From: Octopus vulgaris
Taxonomy: Eukaryota
Assembly (NCBI GenBank): GCA_951406725.2
Contig: OX597822.1
Span: 15,500,001 to 15,564,000 of the forward strand
Reading direction: 5' to 3'
DNA length: 64,000 nt
Made by a program: the position numbers and the translations under genes. Below the pieces are notes generated by a model. That model was not told the DNA's origin, searched no databases, and worked only from the letters and a program-made list of their open reading frames with translations. Shown here in pieces: positions 26,203 to 42,499 of the stretch; positions within the stretch are counted from its first letter, which is position 1; every line of letters starts with the position of its first letter.

Positions 26203-27720
26203 ATGTATGTATGTATGTAGGTAGGTAGGTATGTATGTGTGTGTATATATATACACGGGGGGTGGGTCTTGTGTTATTGCCTGCATCTTTAATATTACTT
26301 AAGAACAGTAGCTGGTTTGTTGATGTCCCTGTAAGTTAGCTGTTCTGCATAAGAATATGTACCAGACAAAACAGGAAGTTGTAGAGTTGCTTTGTTCTAC
26401 TAAATCCTTCAAGTTAGGGCCCCAATATGTTATAGCCCAACGTCTGAATCATGTAAAATATAATAGGAACCCACGCACACACACACTTTGTGAGTGTGTA
26501 TAGTTCATTTCACGTCACCGACTGTTGTTATTACAGAAGCGATTTGGTAGTTCTTCCGTTTTAGAAAGCAACTTATTCTTTGTGAACATGAACACCCACC
26601 CAAAAATAAATTAAATAAATCAATAAATAAATATTACATCATATACATCTTCAGTCATAAATTTAGATTTTGTGCTAATGAAGCATCAAAATGCGGTAAC
26701 TCTAAGTAAATGATTAATTAAATATATGACATAGTGATTTCGATAGCTGACGCGGAAAACTGAGATTGTAAGATGGCTTGTAGTTCTTTCAAGCGTAGGG
26801 CAAGTATCCTCATATTTTTTCCCTTTATTAAATATATATTTTTACAAAAATCCATAGATATGATTATTAATAGGAAAATTTCTAAATAATCAAATTAAAG
26901 TTGAAAACAAAATTATGTAACCAAATTGAAGCATTAAATGTGTTAGTTGGCGATCTCCATAATCTTTCCTGTATAATTAAAGTAACCCGTTAACTATCTG
27001 TCAATAATTTATGTCTTTCGAAATACCATCACAGATTTTGAGCCATATAACATAGAGATAAGAATAATATTTCTGGATTAGTGAAAATCAAATTGATTTA
27101 AGATTTAATCATGATAAATATACTTCCAGAAATCTGGAATTCTTCGAATATATAGCTATTTCAAAATATAAATAAAGACAAAAAACTATATCATAATCTT
27201 TACCCTGATTTGCACGATATTGCATTACACCAAACATTAAACTCCGACACATGATGGGTTTGATTTTTGAATTTCTGGACAAAATGCATAAATATATGTA
27301 TCGTTTCATAGGAAATTGTGAATAATCGTTCATATTTAATATTCTTTTTCAGTACTAAATCGAGATGTTTGTAGAAATATTTTAAATATTTAAAGATCAA
27401 ACGACAGTTAACATCAAAAATACATTCAAACGCTTCTCGCACATCAAAGATTTTCTTTTGCGAACGCACATGTCTTGTTCCAAGGTTGTTTGTTCTGTAT
27501 ATGAATGTATGGTTCATTTCTATTATTTTCTTTGAATGTCCGACTCAAAATTTGTAATGTTTCAGTTTAAAGAAAATTGAATTAAATTCCTCTGCTTTAT
27601 TACACTGAAATCACTGCCTTGGTTATTTACACTAATATGTATTTCCTTTATGTGTGTGTCTGTGTCTGTTTATGTATGCATATATGTATATATCTATATC
27701 AATATATTTTTGTGAGTTTG

Positions 27721-27812
<92 letters not shown>

Positions 27813-27859
27813 TGTACAGGTTTGATGATGCAAACAAGTGCGTAAAGCAAAGAACATGA

Positions 27860-27963
<104 letters not shown>

Positions 27964-28740
27964 TTAACAGAAGCAACAAAATGACTCAGTGGCCGAGTGC
28001 AGTGTGCATCAGAACTTATGAAATGCCAATCATAGTTTGACAAGTGCTAACAACCGAAACTATTCACCCTTCAGTGACTCTGTTGATTCTGCTAAGTATT
28101 AATAAAAAATATATATGTACGTATGTATATATGAGAGATTGTGTAAATGTATATGTAATGATAAAAGAGATATTAAAAAAGGTGGTTTTGGACTGTGTCG
28201 CCAAGATTTATATATAGTATAACATCGATAAAAGTAGAACGAGTATCTCCCCATGAGGAGCAGTAACTCCAACGGTTTGGACAAAGTCCTTCTTTTGGGA
28301 AATATTTAAAGGACAGAAATTAATGAAAGACCGCAGAGTTTAACATCTACTATGTTTAAAAATCCCTTGCGGCCAGTCTTTTAAACTCAGACGATGTAAA
28401 CCTTTACTGTCTTTTCCGAATCTCTCATCTTTAACTTTTCTTTGAAAAAGAACGCTGTCCGAAGCAGTAGATTTTTTACTCTTCTCTGCAAGTTCATTGC
28501 ATTCATTTTATCGCTTCTACCATATTTGTGTGGCTGAGTGCGTGTTTACCTGTATAGATATGTATATTTAGACACAGAGAGTGACTTTCTTGCACTGGGA
28601 AGCAAAACAACAGACATGACATAAGGTTATAATCATTATTTTATAATTTCCTAGGAGAAATCTTTTTTTTCAATTATATATATATATATATTCTGCAAAA
28701 ACACAACTTCATGACTCATTTTAACAGCATTAGCACGCAC

Positions 28741-29286
<546 letters not shown>

Positions 29287-30403
29287 TATATATATGTATA
29301 TATGTGTCTCTTTGTGTGCATATACACAAACACCTATGCAAGCTTATGTGTCCAAATAATCGTTGTATAATTTTTGCTATTATTAAACAGCTTCGAATGC
29401 ATTCCTAAATATAAGAGATATTTGCATATTAGTTTTCAACTGCCTGCAACCCGAAAACGTTGACTAGTTTTATTATATCCAGATGAGTCGTTACGATTAA
29501 TGTAACTCAACTTCATACAACTTTTTCAAGCTAAAATTTTGCTGAACAAATATTTGATTTTATGTATTTTCAACTGCTCTACTCACCGACGAGAAACAAT
29601 ATCCATTTGCAATGTTTGGTTTCTTTTATACTGTATATATTATGTGATTACTTTAGGGTCTCTTTTGTTACTCGTGTGGAATGTTCATTCAGAATGTTAT
29701 GGAATGTTCTTTATGGTAGCTATGTGCTGCCAGGAAATTTACCGATATAATATTTGAGGATGGGTTCCATTCAATCTATTCAGAGAAAATATGTCTTATT
29801 AAATATTTCTGTGCTTTTAGGTTTCTTTGAAATATATATTAGAACCGATTTTGGTGGCGTTTAGACATTCCTGTTGGGAACTTTAATCGATTATTAAATA
29901 ATATCCATTGTCTTCGAATTGTGTAATATTAAGACATTTCTTAAATTTAGAAATTAATTTATTAATCATGTTGCACCTCCAGAATACAGGTTATATGAGA
30001 AAGCAGTACAAAAGTATTGGCTGACGAGTTATTATTTCAATATTAACGCTCCAGTAGGGAGAGCTCAGCCAGATTGTTCAGGATATGCTGTTGTTGTTGG
30101 ACTCACAACAACCATGTTCTTACCGATGTAAGGTACATGATGTATCAAAAAAGAATCAAGCCACCTTGAAGTATCAAGCATCTTAGCAAATGAGCTCTTA
30201 GATGTGAAGCAAAAACTATTATGATTTACGGAGGGTGTTCATTTTTAATTGTTGGTGGAGATTAAATGACGTTTAACTACCAAGACCGAACACTTCAGAG
30301 AGGCTTTAGGGAGATTGTGACTTGAAATTGAATATGAAATGAAATAGGGGATCGGATTTGTATGTATGTATGTATGCAAGTATGAATGAGTGTATGCGTG
30401 TAC

Positions 30404-30464
<61 letters not shown>

Positions 30465-32328
30465 CATACCTATTATGTATATATGTTTGTCGTTATTCAG
30501 TTTATTTCAAGATTTCTTGCCTAAAGAGAAAGAACCGATTTCTAACCCAGATCCAAGGCTCCTTCATTGGAATTTCAACATCACCAACAGAGTAATTTTG
30601 TTTGTTTGTATGTATGTATGTATGTATGTATGTATGTATGTATATATGTATGTATGCCTGTATGTGTGTGTGTATGTATGTATGTATATATGTATGTATG
30701 CCTGTATGTGTGTATGTATGTATGTGCAGAATTGTATGTTTTATGTAGGTATTCTCATGCATATAGTTACATATCTAGACATGCTCATATATATTTACCA
30801 CAATGTAGGGAAAATTATTTTCTCAGTATTTTATTAGTATTTATTTTATATACTTTGGAAGAATGAAAGGTAAAGTCAGTTTGGTTAACTTCAAAATTAG
30901 ATTGGAGATAATTATAGGTGTGTCGATATTATCCTTGTAGAGAGTATTTCTTTTTATTTTATTCTAGCTAAGAAAAAAAGGAAAAGTTTTATAAATATTC
31001 TGAAAAAAATTGGTGCTGATTATAAATAGTACCTGCGACGTTTAAATATATTTAATGAAATTCTAACATTAACGTTCGTAAAACTTAATTAGTACATTAC
31101 CATGCGTATTCACCAATCACAGAATCAGGAACGCATAATGGAACAGAGAATCAGCCTGTTTAACATAACTATCCGATATGAAATTTGACTCTTGTTGAGA
31201 AGAATAATTCATAACACATTGTGAGAATTTGGAACTAGGATTATACTACACAATGGTTGAAATTAATGGAGATGCCACGCAAAGAGGTAACTTATTATTA
31301 GCGTTTTCAGTTACAGAACAATCCAAGAGTTCTGTCCGCATGAATATTCTTCGACTGTATTGATTTTAGTCTTTCTATGTCTCTTAATGTCGCATCCATT
31401 ACACGTAACGTGATACGAACTATAAAGCTTTCTGTTGGGTTGCAATTCGGACAACTGATCTTCTATATTTAAAATATATCATTGCTATTGTTATATCATT
31501 CAACAATGTATTGCATTTACTAAAGTCAACGGGCTTATTGTATAGAAGATAGCATATCCTTTACATATCAAAGCAAAGTAGCCGTAAGACTAACAACGGG
31601 ACGCTGCGGTTGTGTTTGAATAAGAAAGCAGTGTGAACTCTGTATGTTTCTTACAAATCTTTTGTGACAATGTATAGAAATAAGAAATTAGTTTCAGGAT
31701 AACTTTAGTGTTCTCTTCTGCTTGTCATTTATTTTCTATTTCATTTGTTTCAAGACTTTAAATCACCTGCCTTCAACCACTATTTAAACTTTTCGTTTAT
31801 ATGCCATGCGTATTTAGTATGTTAGATTCAACTGCAGCGTCTTTGAATTAGAAAGAAATATTGATTTACCAAAACAAGAAAAAAAAACAATAGATGTGAA
31901 TAAATCCTAAATGTTTTGGAATAGCTACAGAGTAATTCTTAAATTGCAACAAAGAAATTTAAATTGTTATTTTTGATAGAACGTGTACACTATTTGTGTG
32001 ATGAAATAAGATACGGCAAATGTCTTGGCTCAAGTGAATGCGAGATTTACTACTTAGGAGAGTCCAGACTCCTGAGTATCTGCTATATTTTTGATAGGAT
32101 TACACTTTGAAATGATGTTAGAAAAAGTATAATTACACACTCAAGCACACACAGAGATGCACACACATACAAATACATACATACATACATGAGTGTTTAT
32201 GTATATGTTGAGGGTGTTCGGGCTAAATTTGATAGGTTGCATGAAAGGAAAAGAAAACGCAAATTAACTGCCCTCAGCTTCTAAAATGGCCTTAAGATTG
32301 ACTCGGAATTTCTACGTATGTATAAATA

Positions 32329-33480
<1,152 letters not shown>

Positions 33481-34914
33481 ATGTAAATAGTATATGTGTG
33501 TGTGTGAGTGTGTGTGTGTGCGTGTACCGCTAAGTGTTTGTATGTGTGAGTGTCTGTGTATGTATGTAAGCTTAGTTCGTACGTATACGTTTACGTAAGA
33601 TTCGGTATCCGTCTCCCACAAACTGACGCCTTACATGATACAGACTAATGTAATGAAAAACAAGCTGTGCAAATACAATTTCGTTGCTTTAGAATGTAGG
33701 AGACCCTGCTCTTTCGACTGATTTCACAAACTCATTATTTGCATATCTTGTTTGCTCTACGAAGGTATATTGCACTTGGTATGGAAGACAATATTTATTT
33801 ATGCACGTCTTTTAGAGTGAATGTTTTGGATTGAATAATATAAATACTATAAATATGTTTTTATTTCTTTTTCACAGTTTCCAAGGAAAGACATGATGAC
33901 ATGAAAGTAAATATCCACAGTAGACAGAAGCACTGTTTTCAGAAGCTGAATACCATTTTGTTGCTAGCAGTGTATTTCCTTTCTAAATATGTTGACAATG
34001 CGACAAATCATATCAACAGAATGTTGCAAAACAAAGATCGTGTACCTTATTATAACCACAGACTAAACGGTTAATGATTCGCATGGATTTGGCTCAATAA
34101 CTGAATTAAGCACAAGCTTCATGAAATCCCATAAGCTATATTATTCTCTTATGAAACATGTCCAATATTTAGCGTAAATCAAACATAAACATGAATACGA
34201 AACACACCAATGCGTAATAGTGCAATGGAAGTATCGTTGTGTGATTAGAGTTCATGTGCTTCTTTGCAATTATATATTGTTCATCATTCCATATGATAAT
34301 TAACATCGCAACATCACACAGATAAATAGTTTAAAGTATTTGCAGGAGCAACGGAGTATTTGTGAAATTAAAGCAGCGGTATCAAAGTGAAACTCGATTC
34401 ATGTTGAGGCTTTCGCTAATGATTGATTAGAGTTGGACATAAATTCGATACATACAGCAGAGGAAGGCCCTACGAAATCAACCTCACCCTCCTCCAGCAG
34501 AACTAAGCAGTTAATGTCATCATCTATTCTATGCAAGAATTGGTCTTCTTAGTTAATAATGCCATGAAGGAAGCGTTCAGCAAAAGAAAACAAAATCTCC
34601 GGGTACGGGATGAAGTGGGCGATGATATGTCTGTATATGGCGCATCGGCCGAGAAAATGAAGGCATAAATATGATTCTCCCGATATCCAGGGGTACAATG
34701 TACTATATTGTAATCATCCTAGGGAAAAGGGGCTATGATTTTATGAAACATGTGATTTGTGGAAACACGCGTAGTGATGCATTAAAATCTTTATAAATCC
34801 ATCCAAGGATTATTGAAGAATGGAAAGTTCTGTATACACGTGGGATAGGTATATAAGAAAGAAAAAAAATGTAAGAGTCAGAGAAAGTTTGTATAATAAA
34901 ATGTATCTTCTTTT

Positions 34915-35095
34915 CCTCTGTATTCCTTATCTCCCCCTTTTCCCTAATAATTCTTTATTTCGAAGTCAAATTTTAACTCTGCTTAACCATCTCATATCGT
35001 CTCTGATAATATCCTAGAAACAGCTGTATGACTATATCATTTTCTTCATAAATGTCCTGAAAACTCCTCACAGCCTTAGCTTTGTTATTTCATTT

Positions 35096-35100
<5 letters not shown>
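34915..35100 (+). mobile_element. Third terminal fragment of family A with an internally deleted hammerhead
   Basis: ttaaccatctca.atcgtctCTGAT[deletion]aatatcctaGAAAcagctgTAtgac...ataaatgtcctgaaaactcctcaca. Confidence 0.75.
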
Positions 35101-35164
<64 letters not shown>

Positions 35165-35242
35165 TTGCAGCGTGGAAGGTGTTTGTAAGCCATTTAAGAA
35201 ACACACAAAAGCCGTTCGATTCACTTCAACATTTAAGTTTAA

Positions 35243-35294
35243 TTTGTCAAAATATTTTCGTCGCTAAAATCCGCGACCTGTTCACTGACAAAAA
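35243..35294 (-). ncRNA. Hammerhead-like motif with G3:C8 core
   Basis: Minus strand tttgtca-GTGAACA-g-gtcgc-ggatttta-gcgac-GAAA-atat-TT-tgacaaa. Confidence 0.6.
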
Positions 35295-35310
35295 TCCTTG
35301 CTGCACGGAT

Positions 35311-35363
35311 TTTTGTCAGTGAACAGGTCGCGGTCTTAAAGCGACGAAAATATTTTGGCAAAT
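35311..35363 (+). ncRNA. Hammerhead-like motif with G3:C8 core
   Basis: tttgtca-GTGAACA-g-gtcgc-ggtcttaaa-gcgac-GAAA-atat-TT-tggcaaa. Confidence 0.6.
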
Positions 35364-35438
35364 TAAACTTAAATGTTGAAGTGAATCGAACGGTTTTTGT
35401 GTGTTTCTTAAATGGCTTACAAACACCATCCACGCTGC

Positions 35439-35495
<57 letters not shown>

Positions 35496-35550
35496 GGTCC
35501 CGGGTTGAGTCGGGGTTAACCACAGTAAATAAGGTACTCAATAAAATAAA

Positions 35551-35616
<66 letters not shown>

Positions 35617-35626
35617 TGTATGTATG

Positions 35627-35657
<31 letters not shown>

Positions 35658-36212
35658 GTGTGTGTGTGTGTGTGTGTGCGTGTGTGTTTGTATATGTGGG
35701 TATGCTTGGGTATGTGTCTTTCAAAACGTAAAAGTACAGTGGAATATTGAAAGGTTAAACACTGAATCGCGTTAAAATTCTTTAAATTATCAGAAATTCG
35801 ATGCGGCACGATTATCGGGATGATAGATTTTGAAATGGCATTGACCATCGGCATACATTAATGAACGAGATATATTGGTTTCTTGCATGATGGAGGGTGA
35901 ATACACTCATCGATGCCGGAATGGTCTATTGACTTACCACCTGATATTATTTATAGGATAAGGACATGTAAATATGCATGTAGGATTATCGATAACATAA
36001 ATGTTGAGTAAGTGTGAGGCCAGTTGTGTTTTCCTTTCATTTACTTCACAAAGTAATGGAGTCACCTGTCTGTTTTTTTGTTTTTTTTTAATTTGTCATT
36101 TTCTAGCAATTATAGCCGAATGCATGTGAGTGATTCGTAGCCCAAAGACCGAGCATGGGACATTGCTTATACATACGAGTTTGTGTGTGTATTGATGTTT
36201 GTGCTTGTATGT

Positions 36213-36265
<53 letters not shown>

Positions 36266-36286
36266 TATAGATATATAGATATATAG

Positions 36287-36317
<31 letters not shown>

Positions 36318-36330
36318 CATGCATATCGCA

Positions 36331-36404
<74 letters not shown>

Positions 36405-37299
36405 CACAACTATTGCACTTATCCACATACCGAATACTATGGATTAAAACCTTGGACCGGACTCGCATACATTTACCGTTCCCATTACATTTTACCTAGT
36501 CCCTGTGTTATAAAGAGACAATTTGCAATACATTCGTATCAAAAGCAGAATTGAAATCATATCTGAGTAACTATCCCAAAATGTTTGCCATTCGAATACT
36601 GCTTTCACTTCCTGGTGGTTGTTTATGTCCAGGAGAACTACTGGTTAACCATGTGTAATAACATTTATATTAAAAATCAGCTATAAAACCACTACAGTCA
36701 ATTGAATCTGTTACACAGCGATTCTTCAAAATTTATTTATGAGACAAAGGAATGGAAATCATTATTGCTTTACGTGGGATTTATTAGAATTTGTTTTTAT
36801 TTTCTTATTTGCAACAACGTATTTATGTTTGTGTACATATGTACATATGTATATGTATGTATGCACACACACACACACACACAGAGAGACAAGTATGTAT
36901 GTTTATACATAAACCTATGTATACATATATGCATATATATGTATATGTGTGTGCGCGTGCGATATTTGTGCGCATGAGCGGTGTGTGTGTGTGTGTAAAA
37001 GTTTTTCTGTCCTTGCAACTCGGCTTTGTAATATCACTCATTCGTCCTCTTAGAAGCAAATGCAGACCAGACTGTTATCGTTAGAAATAGGAATGGAGGT
37101 GGCGTGGCAAAATTAGTACCGAGGCGGACAAGAATTTCTCACGTTCCTTAGTACACTGAAAACAAACCCTTGAGGGTAAATCTCCTCTTCCATCACCATG
37201 TGGAGCAATACAAGTACGTAAGAGTCAATTGGTGAAGTATTCATACCCACTGCTGCTCTAATGTGACAAAATGTGCCAGCTTTGCTCTCCGTCTGAAAC

Positions 37300-37374
<75 letters not shown>

Positions 37375-37388
37375 CATTATTATTATTA

Positions 37389-37600
37389 GGTGGCTAGGAG
37401 TCAGAATCGTTAGCACGCTGGACGAAGTGCTTAGTGGTTTTTGCCCATCACTACATTGTGACTTTCAAATTCTACTGATGTCGACTATGCCATTTATTAT
37501 TTCGGGGTCGATGAATTAAGTATCAGTGAAAGACTAGGGTCATTGTAAACTACCAGTCCCCTTCCCGAAAATGGCTGTCCTTGTGGCAAAATTTGAAACC
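37389..37600 (+). mobile_element. SINE family 2, degenerate
   Basis: agaatcgttagcacg...ttcggggtcgat...aaaatttgaaacc. Confidence 0.7.
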
Positions 37601-37619
37601 ATTATCATTATTATTATTA

Positions 37620-37687
<68 letters not shown>

Positions 37688-37688
<1 letters not shown>

Positions 37689-37935
37689 TGGGGGTTTCCT
37701 GCTATCTGAACTAGATAGCAATCAGTCCCTTTTGCTATCATTCCCAGGGCACCTATGACAACAGGTATTGTTTTAGTCTTCAGATTCCACATTTTGCCAA
37801 TTTGTATTTAAAGATCTTTATACTTGGTCAGTTTCTGGTAGGTTTTGACAGATGCTTTTATGTTAACTGGAACTGTCATATCAATGAAGTCTTTCAATAT
37901 AATGTCTGGCCTATTCGCATCTATCTTTCTGACTG
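37688..37935 (-). mobile_element. RLE-domain fragment of an R4/Dong-like LINE
   Basis: IDANRPDIILKD...IDMTVP...KYKDL, then MWNLKTKTIPVVIGALGMI; abuts (tta)n. Confidence 0.8.
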
Positions 37936-39144
37936 GGTAGTCAGAGAAAATATTAAATAAACCATCAGATGTGGTCTGAGTATAAGACTCTTCAATCAAG
38001 TGATATCTTTGAAATTGTGAAGAAAAATCATGGCCAATTGAAATACAACACTATCTTAATAGGCTTTTGTTCCATATAATTACATAGATGCATTATATTT
38101 CTGTTTTCCCGTCACTTAAATATCCTGGCCGCAAGTTTGTGGTTCATACTGTTGAAATGCATATGTTATAGCCACCAAGGGCGTGGCTAATGTAAGTTTA
38201 ATGCTTTTTTAACGATACAACGATTATCAAATCTCGATCACATATCTAATAAGAAATTATGTAATTTAGTTTAAATAAAACGTCCTACATAGGTTTGAAA
38301 AGAACAATAAAGTAATAACTGGAATTCCAAGCAGTCGGTAAAGTAAGTTGACGAAGCCAAAGCTTAGAGTTGTTAGATAAGGCGATATGTTTGTTATTAG
38401 GATAGTACAGATGCTTGTTTTGAGAAGAAATATTATGGCTGTTCGTTAGATCTATGATTTGCGTTCTAAAACCCAACAAAAACCTATGAACTGACACATT
38501 ATAACAGTTGCGCAACTGGAGAAAACCCTATTTGTATTGTCAAGCGAAATGTGGAGGGTCTTCTGTTTTCTTCTCTGTAACTGATGTTCGAACATTCTTT
38601 GACAGTATTACTCCGTGTTGTTGGGAGAAAAGACAGAAAGTATGACCAAAATATTCTCAGTTTATTTCGAAAATTTCGAAGGTTAAGGGAGACGAAATAA
38701 TAAGTATAACAAAATAAATGTTTATGCCATTAAAAAACCTGATCGACTTTTTGATGGCCGATTTCGAAAGTGGAAAGTTAACATTTGAATTTGAATACAT
38801 GGACAGATCATAAGACTAATATAGAAGTGGTAGCTTCTTCTAATGTAGTTACCTGTATTCAAATTATGCTCTGAGAAACATAGTTCAATGAGTAAATAGC
38901 TTCATTAGTAAAATAGTTCCAGGAGAGATCCGTTCTGTAAATTAAACCGTTCTGTGAGTTGGTCGATCTTACTTATGTTCATCGACAATGTTAATGCTCC
39001 CCACGCAGGTAAATAACGGTTGAAAGGAGAAAATATATAAAGCATCATACCAGAATGGTATAAATGAAGAAAAACAAAATATTTGTATTCCTAATTGAAA
39101 CAAATCCAATATAAAAGAATTATTCTGTAATATGCCAAACATAA

Positions 39145-39350
39145 AAGGCAGCTAAGTAGCAGAGTCGTTAGCTCACCGGGAAAAATGTTTGGTGGCATTT
39201 CATCAGTCTTTGCAGTCTAAGTTCAAATTCCGCCTAGATCTACTTTGCCTTTCGGGATCGTAAAAGAAGTACAGCTGAACACTGTGTCGATGTGATTCAA
39301 TTAACACCTCCCCTGATATAGTTGGTCTTGAGCCAAAATTGGAAACCACA
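39145..39350 (+). mobile_element. SINE family 2, degenerate
   Basis: gcagagtcgttagc...aagttcaaattccgcc...ctttgcctttcggg. Confidence 0.6.
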
Positions 39351-39943
39351 TTTGTACAAACGGAGGACGTATAACACATATCTTCACTTGCTACCGATAG
39401 GACTATCAACTACACCATATTGAATGCAAAAATAGCTTCCGATAATGTAGTACTAGATCTACTATTGAAAAATTACACTGAAATGTCTGACTTTTGAACA
39501 TGGGTGCGTTCGATCAGGGTTGATCTGGGGCTGGCAGTAACAGCACAAACAACAGCCGGGAAGTAAACTCATAGTTTTTAGAAAGCATCTTGTTGAAAGT
39601 GTAAACGTCATGGTGGCTCTCATTAAAAGTGATTCATTTTTGCAGAGTTTCGTGCATGAGTGTATTTACTGACAGCTGAATTTGTATTTCAAAACACTTC
39701 AGGAAAAATATATTTATAATTTTTTACGCTACATTATAGTCATGCTCTTGATTTTTTATTTGTTTACACATCTGTCACTGAATAACGTGTAATAATAATT
39801 TCGAATAAATGATTGGTATCTATTCGTACTTAGTGAAGAAGATACCTGTATACTTATTAGAACTGACATAAAAAAAATTACCTAAAGAATATGACGTTCC
39901 ATATCAGTGGGGGAAAATGTATTTTCTCACACACACACACACG

Positions 39944-39998
<55 letters not shown>

Positions 39999-40692
39999 AT
40001 GTGTGTGTGTGTGTGTTACACACAATCATACACGTATGTATATATATATATATATGTATTACACACACACATACACGCACACAAACTCACACTCACAGAC
40101 ACATATAGTTGTAGGCTTGTATCTGTTGTATTTTAATATTTTGTATTTAACATTCAGTGAAAAAGTGTCATCAATCTTCAATTACCGACAAATTTGATTT
40201 TATTTGTATCTGCAAACTATTTAAGATCTTATTTAATAAGAACTGATGAGCAAGAGGTGGGTAATATATTTACAACAGAGAATACACGGAATCTGACGCT
40301 TTCGAATTGAAAGCAGTCTATTGGCAATAATGCAATCTCTTTATCACCACCAATGTGTCCTACAAATTATCTCAGCCTCACTTGCTAAGTGACAAATTGA
40401 AATCGGTGGAGATTTTTTTTTCTCTCTCAGATTCATACTTACAAAGAATTTAAGCAGCTCAGCTTCGATATGCGTACAAACATACTTATAGATACATACA
40501 CACATATATTTACATGTATATTTATCTGCCAATTTATTCATATATATATATATATATATGTATGCATGCAGGCATGTATGTATGTATGTATGTATGTATG
40601 TATGTATGTATGTATGTATGTGTGTATATACGTATGTGTGTATGTATCTATCAATCAAAGTATACATATATGCATATGTATACATATATATG

Positions 40693-40756
<64 letters not shown>

Positions 40757-41084
40757 CTGCAAATAAACGTGTGTGTGTGTGTGTATTTTTGTATGGATGT
40801 ATATATACATATTTATATATAGTGATGATATTATATTCCTTGTATAGCTTTTGAAAAAGTATATGTAAGAAAAACTTACAAAAGATACAAAATACCAAGT
40901 TGATACCTGTTCTAGCCTACACGTAGTTGTGTGCACATTGTCAATTTTAAGTAAACATAATGTTTATTAGTAAACATTGCTATAGAAATGATGGAAGTAC
41001 ACAGTCGTTCAGACACATATACACGCATACACACACATGTACACGTACACGCACGCACACAGAGAAACATAGTCACAGACACGC

Positions 41085-41108
41085 AGCTATATACACATAT
41101 AGAAACAA

Positions 41109-41168
<60 letters not shown>

Positions 41169-41970
41169 GGTGGGTATAGGTCTTCGTATATCGCCAGCAG
41201 CGAGGTTGTGGTTGATATTTGTCCCCGGAATGAATAGGACGGAAACAGATTCGTCAAGTCTGCGACGCTTGAACATATCCACGAATGCACCACTTTCGGG
41301 GATGGGGTACTCTCTTTTATTTAGACCCGATTTGCCCATACATACCTACATACACATACACACACCTATATACGTACATGTACATACACACACGCATATA
41401 CATCATGTATCACTTACCTTCGTCAGACATTTGACTGCGGCCATGCTGGGGCACCGCTTTGAAGAATTTTAGTTCCACGAATCAGTCATGGTACTTATTT
41501 TAATAAATTTTTTAAATCCTAATTCTTATTCTATCCATTTTGTACTGAATCGTCAACATACCAACAGAGATAACTAAGCGGTGGTGAGGACGAGTACACA
41601 CACACACACACTGAGAAACACATTCACATACGTTCAAGTATATACACATATAGAAACAAAGAGAAAGTGAGAGAGAGGATGTTTGTGAAAGAGAAAGAGG
41701 AGAGAAACGGTGGGTATAGGTGTTCGTATATTCCCACCAACGAGCTTGTGGTTGATATTTGTCCCCAGAATAAATAGGACTGAAACAGATTCGTCAAGTG
41801 TGCGACGCTTGAACGAATGCACCACTTTTTTTGGGGGGTGGGGTGCTCTCTTGTATTGAGTTTCGATTTGTCCATACCAACACACACATGTATGCATATA
41901 TGTACATACACACACGCATATACATATACATCTTTTATCCCTTAATTTCGTCCTTCATTTGACTGCGGCT
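41085..41970. repeat. Diverged tandem duplication, period ~540 bp
   Basis: agagaaacggtgggtatagg...gaaacagattcgtcaagt.tgcgacgcttgaac occurs at 41161 and 41701, each followed by catttgactgcggc. Confidence 0.85.
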
Positions 41971-42119
41971 ATGTAAAGGCGGAACCTTGCGAGAAGGTAC
42001 AAAGTAAACAACAAAATGAAAACGAAACAGACTGCACCCCACGGTGCACTCTGTGTTATTTTTCTTCGACAGAACATTTCTCAAGAGTGGACTGGTGTAT
42101 ACCAATTGTACGATAAATC

Positions 42120-42470
42120 CCTCGCTGCGGATTGCATGTTGGATAGCAGTTCTGTCGTCGAAGTAGGGTAGGCTACGGAAACACTTTTCTGACCAGATGT
42201 GATGGGCCTTCTTGTCTTGTTTACCCACTTTTATGTTTCGTGGATGCAGTCCTTTGGCTGCAGATGGCTGACAGCCGTTGTGCGCTAAGCTCATGAAGAA
42301 CTGCTTGGTGTTGGTAGCATTATCGGTTACTTCACTGCATATGTCTCTTTTGTGTGTTATCTCATTCCCTATGTATGCGGCTTGGATCTGCTGGGCTGGG
42401 CTCATTTTTAAAGTATGAGCAAACTCCTACAGGCCGCATTCTTTAAAAAATTCGTGTCGATGTAACCCTT
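42120..42470 (-). mobile_element. Penelope-like RT thumb/linker remnant
   Basis: AYIGNEITHKRDICS...FFMSLAHNGCQP...SLPYFDD resembles the PLE pattern RICS...LxxNGYP...LPY. Confidence 0.5.
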
Positions 42471-42499
42471 CTCTGTGATCATGATTACGAAATCAAGCA

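Larger units (their letters stand above)
35162..35443. mobile_element. Family B near-perfect foldback element (~136-bp arms, 9-nt loop) inside (TA)n
   Basis: taattgcagcgtgga...gacaaaaatcc ttgctgcac ggatttttgtc...tccacgctgcaatta; the arms are reverse complements with few mismatches. Confidence 0.9.

Noticed and set aside
28245-28290. Hammerhead-like remnant atgaggagcagtaactccaac
   Set aside because: Both C3 and the GAAA half are missing, so it cannot be distinguished from chance.
33878-33906. Possible plus-strand mini-exon after a strong acceptor (ttttcacag)
   Set aside because: Weak donor, 29-nt length and no supporting neighbouring exons.
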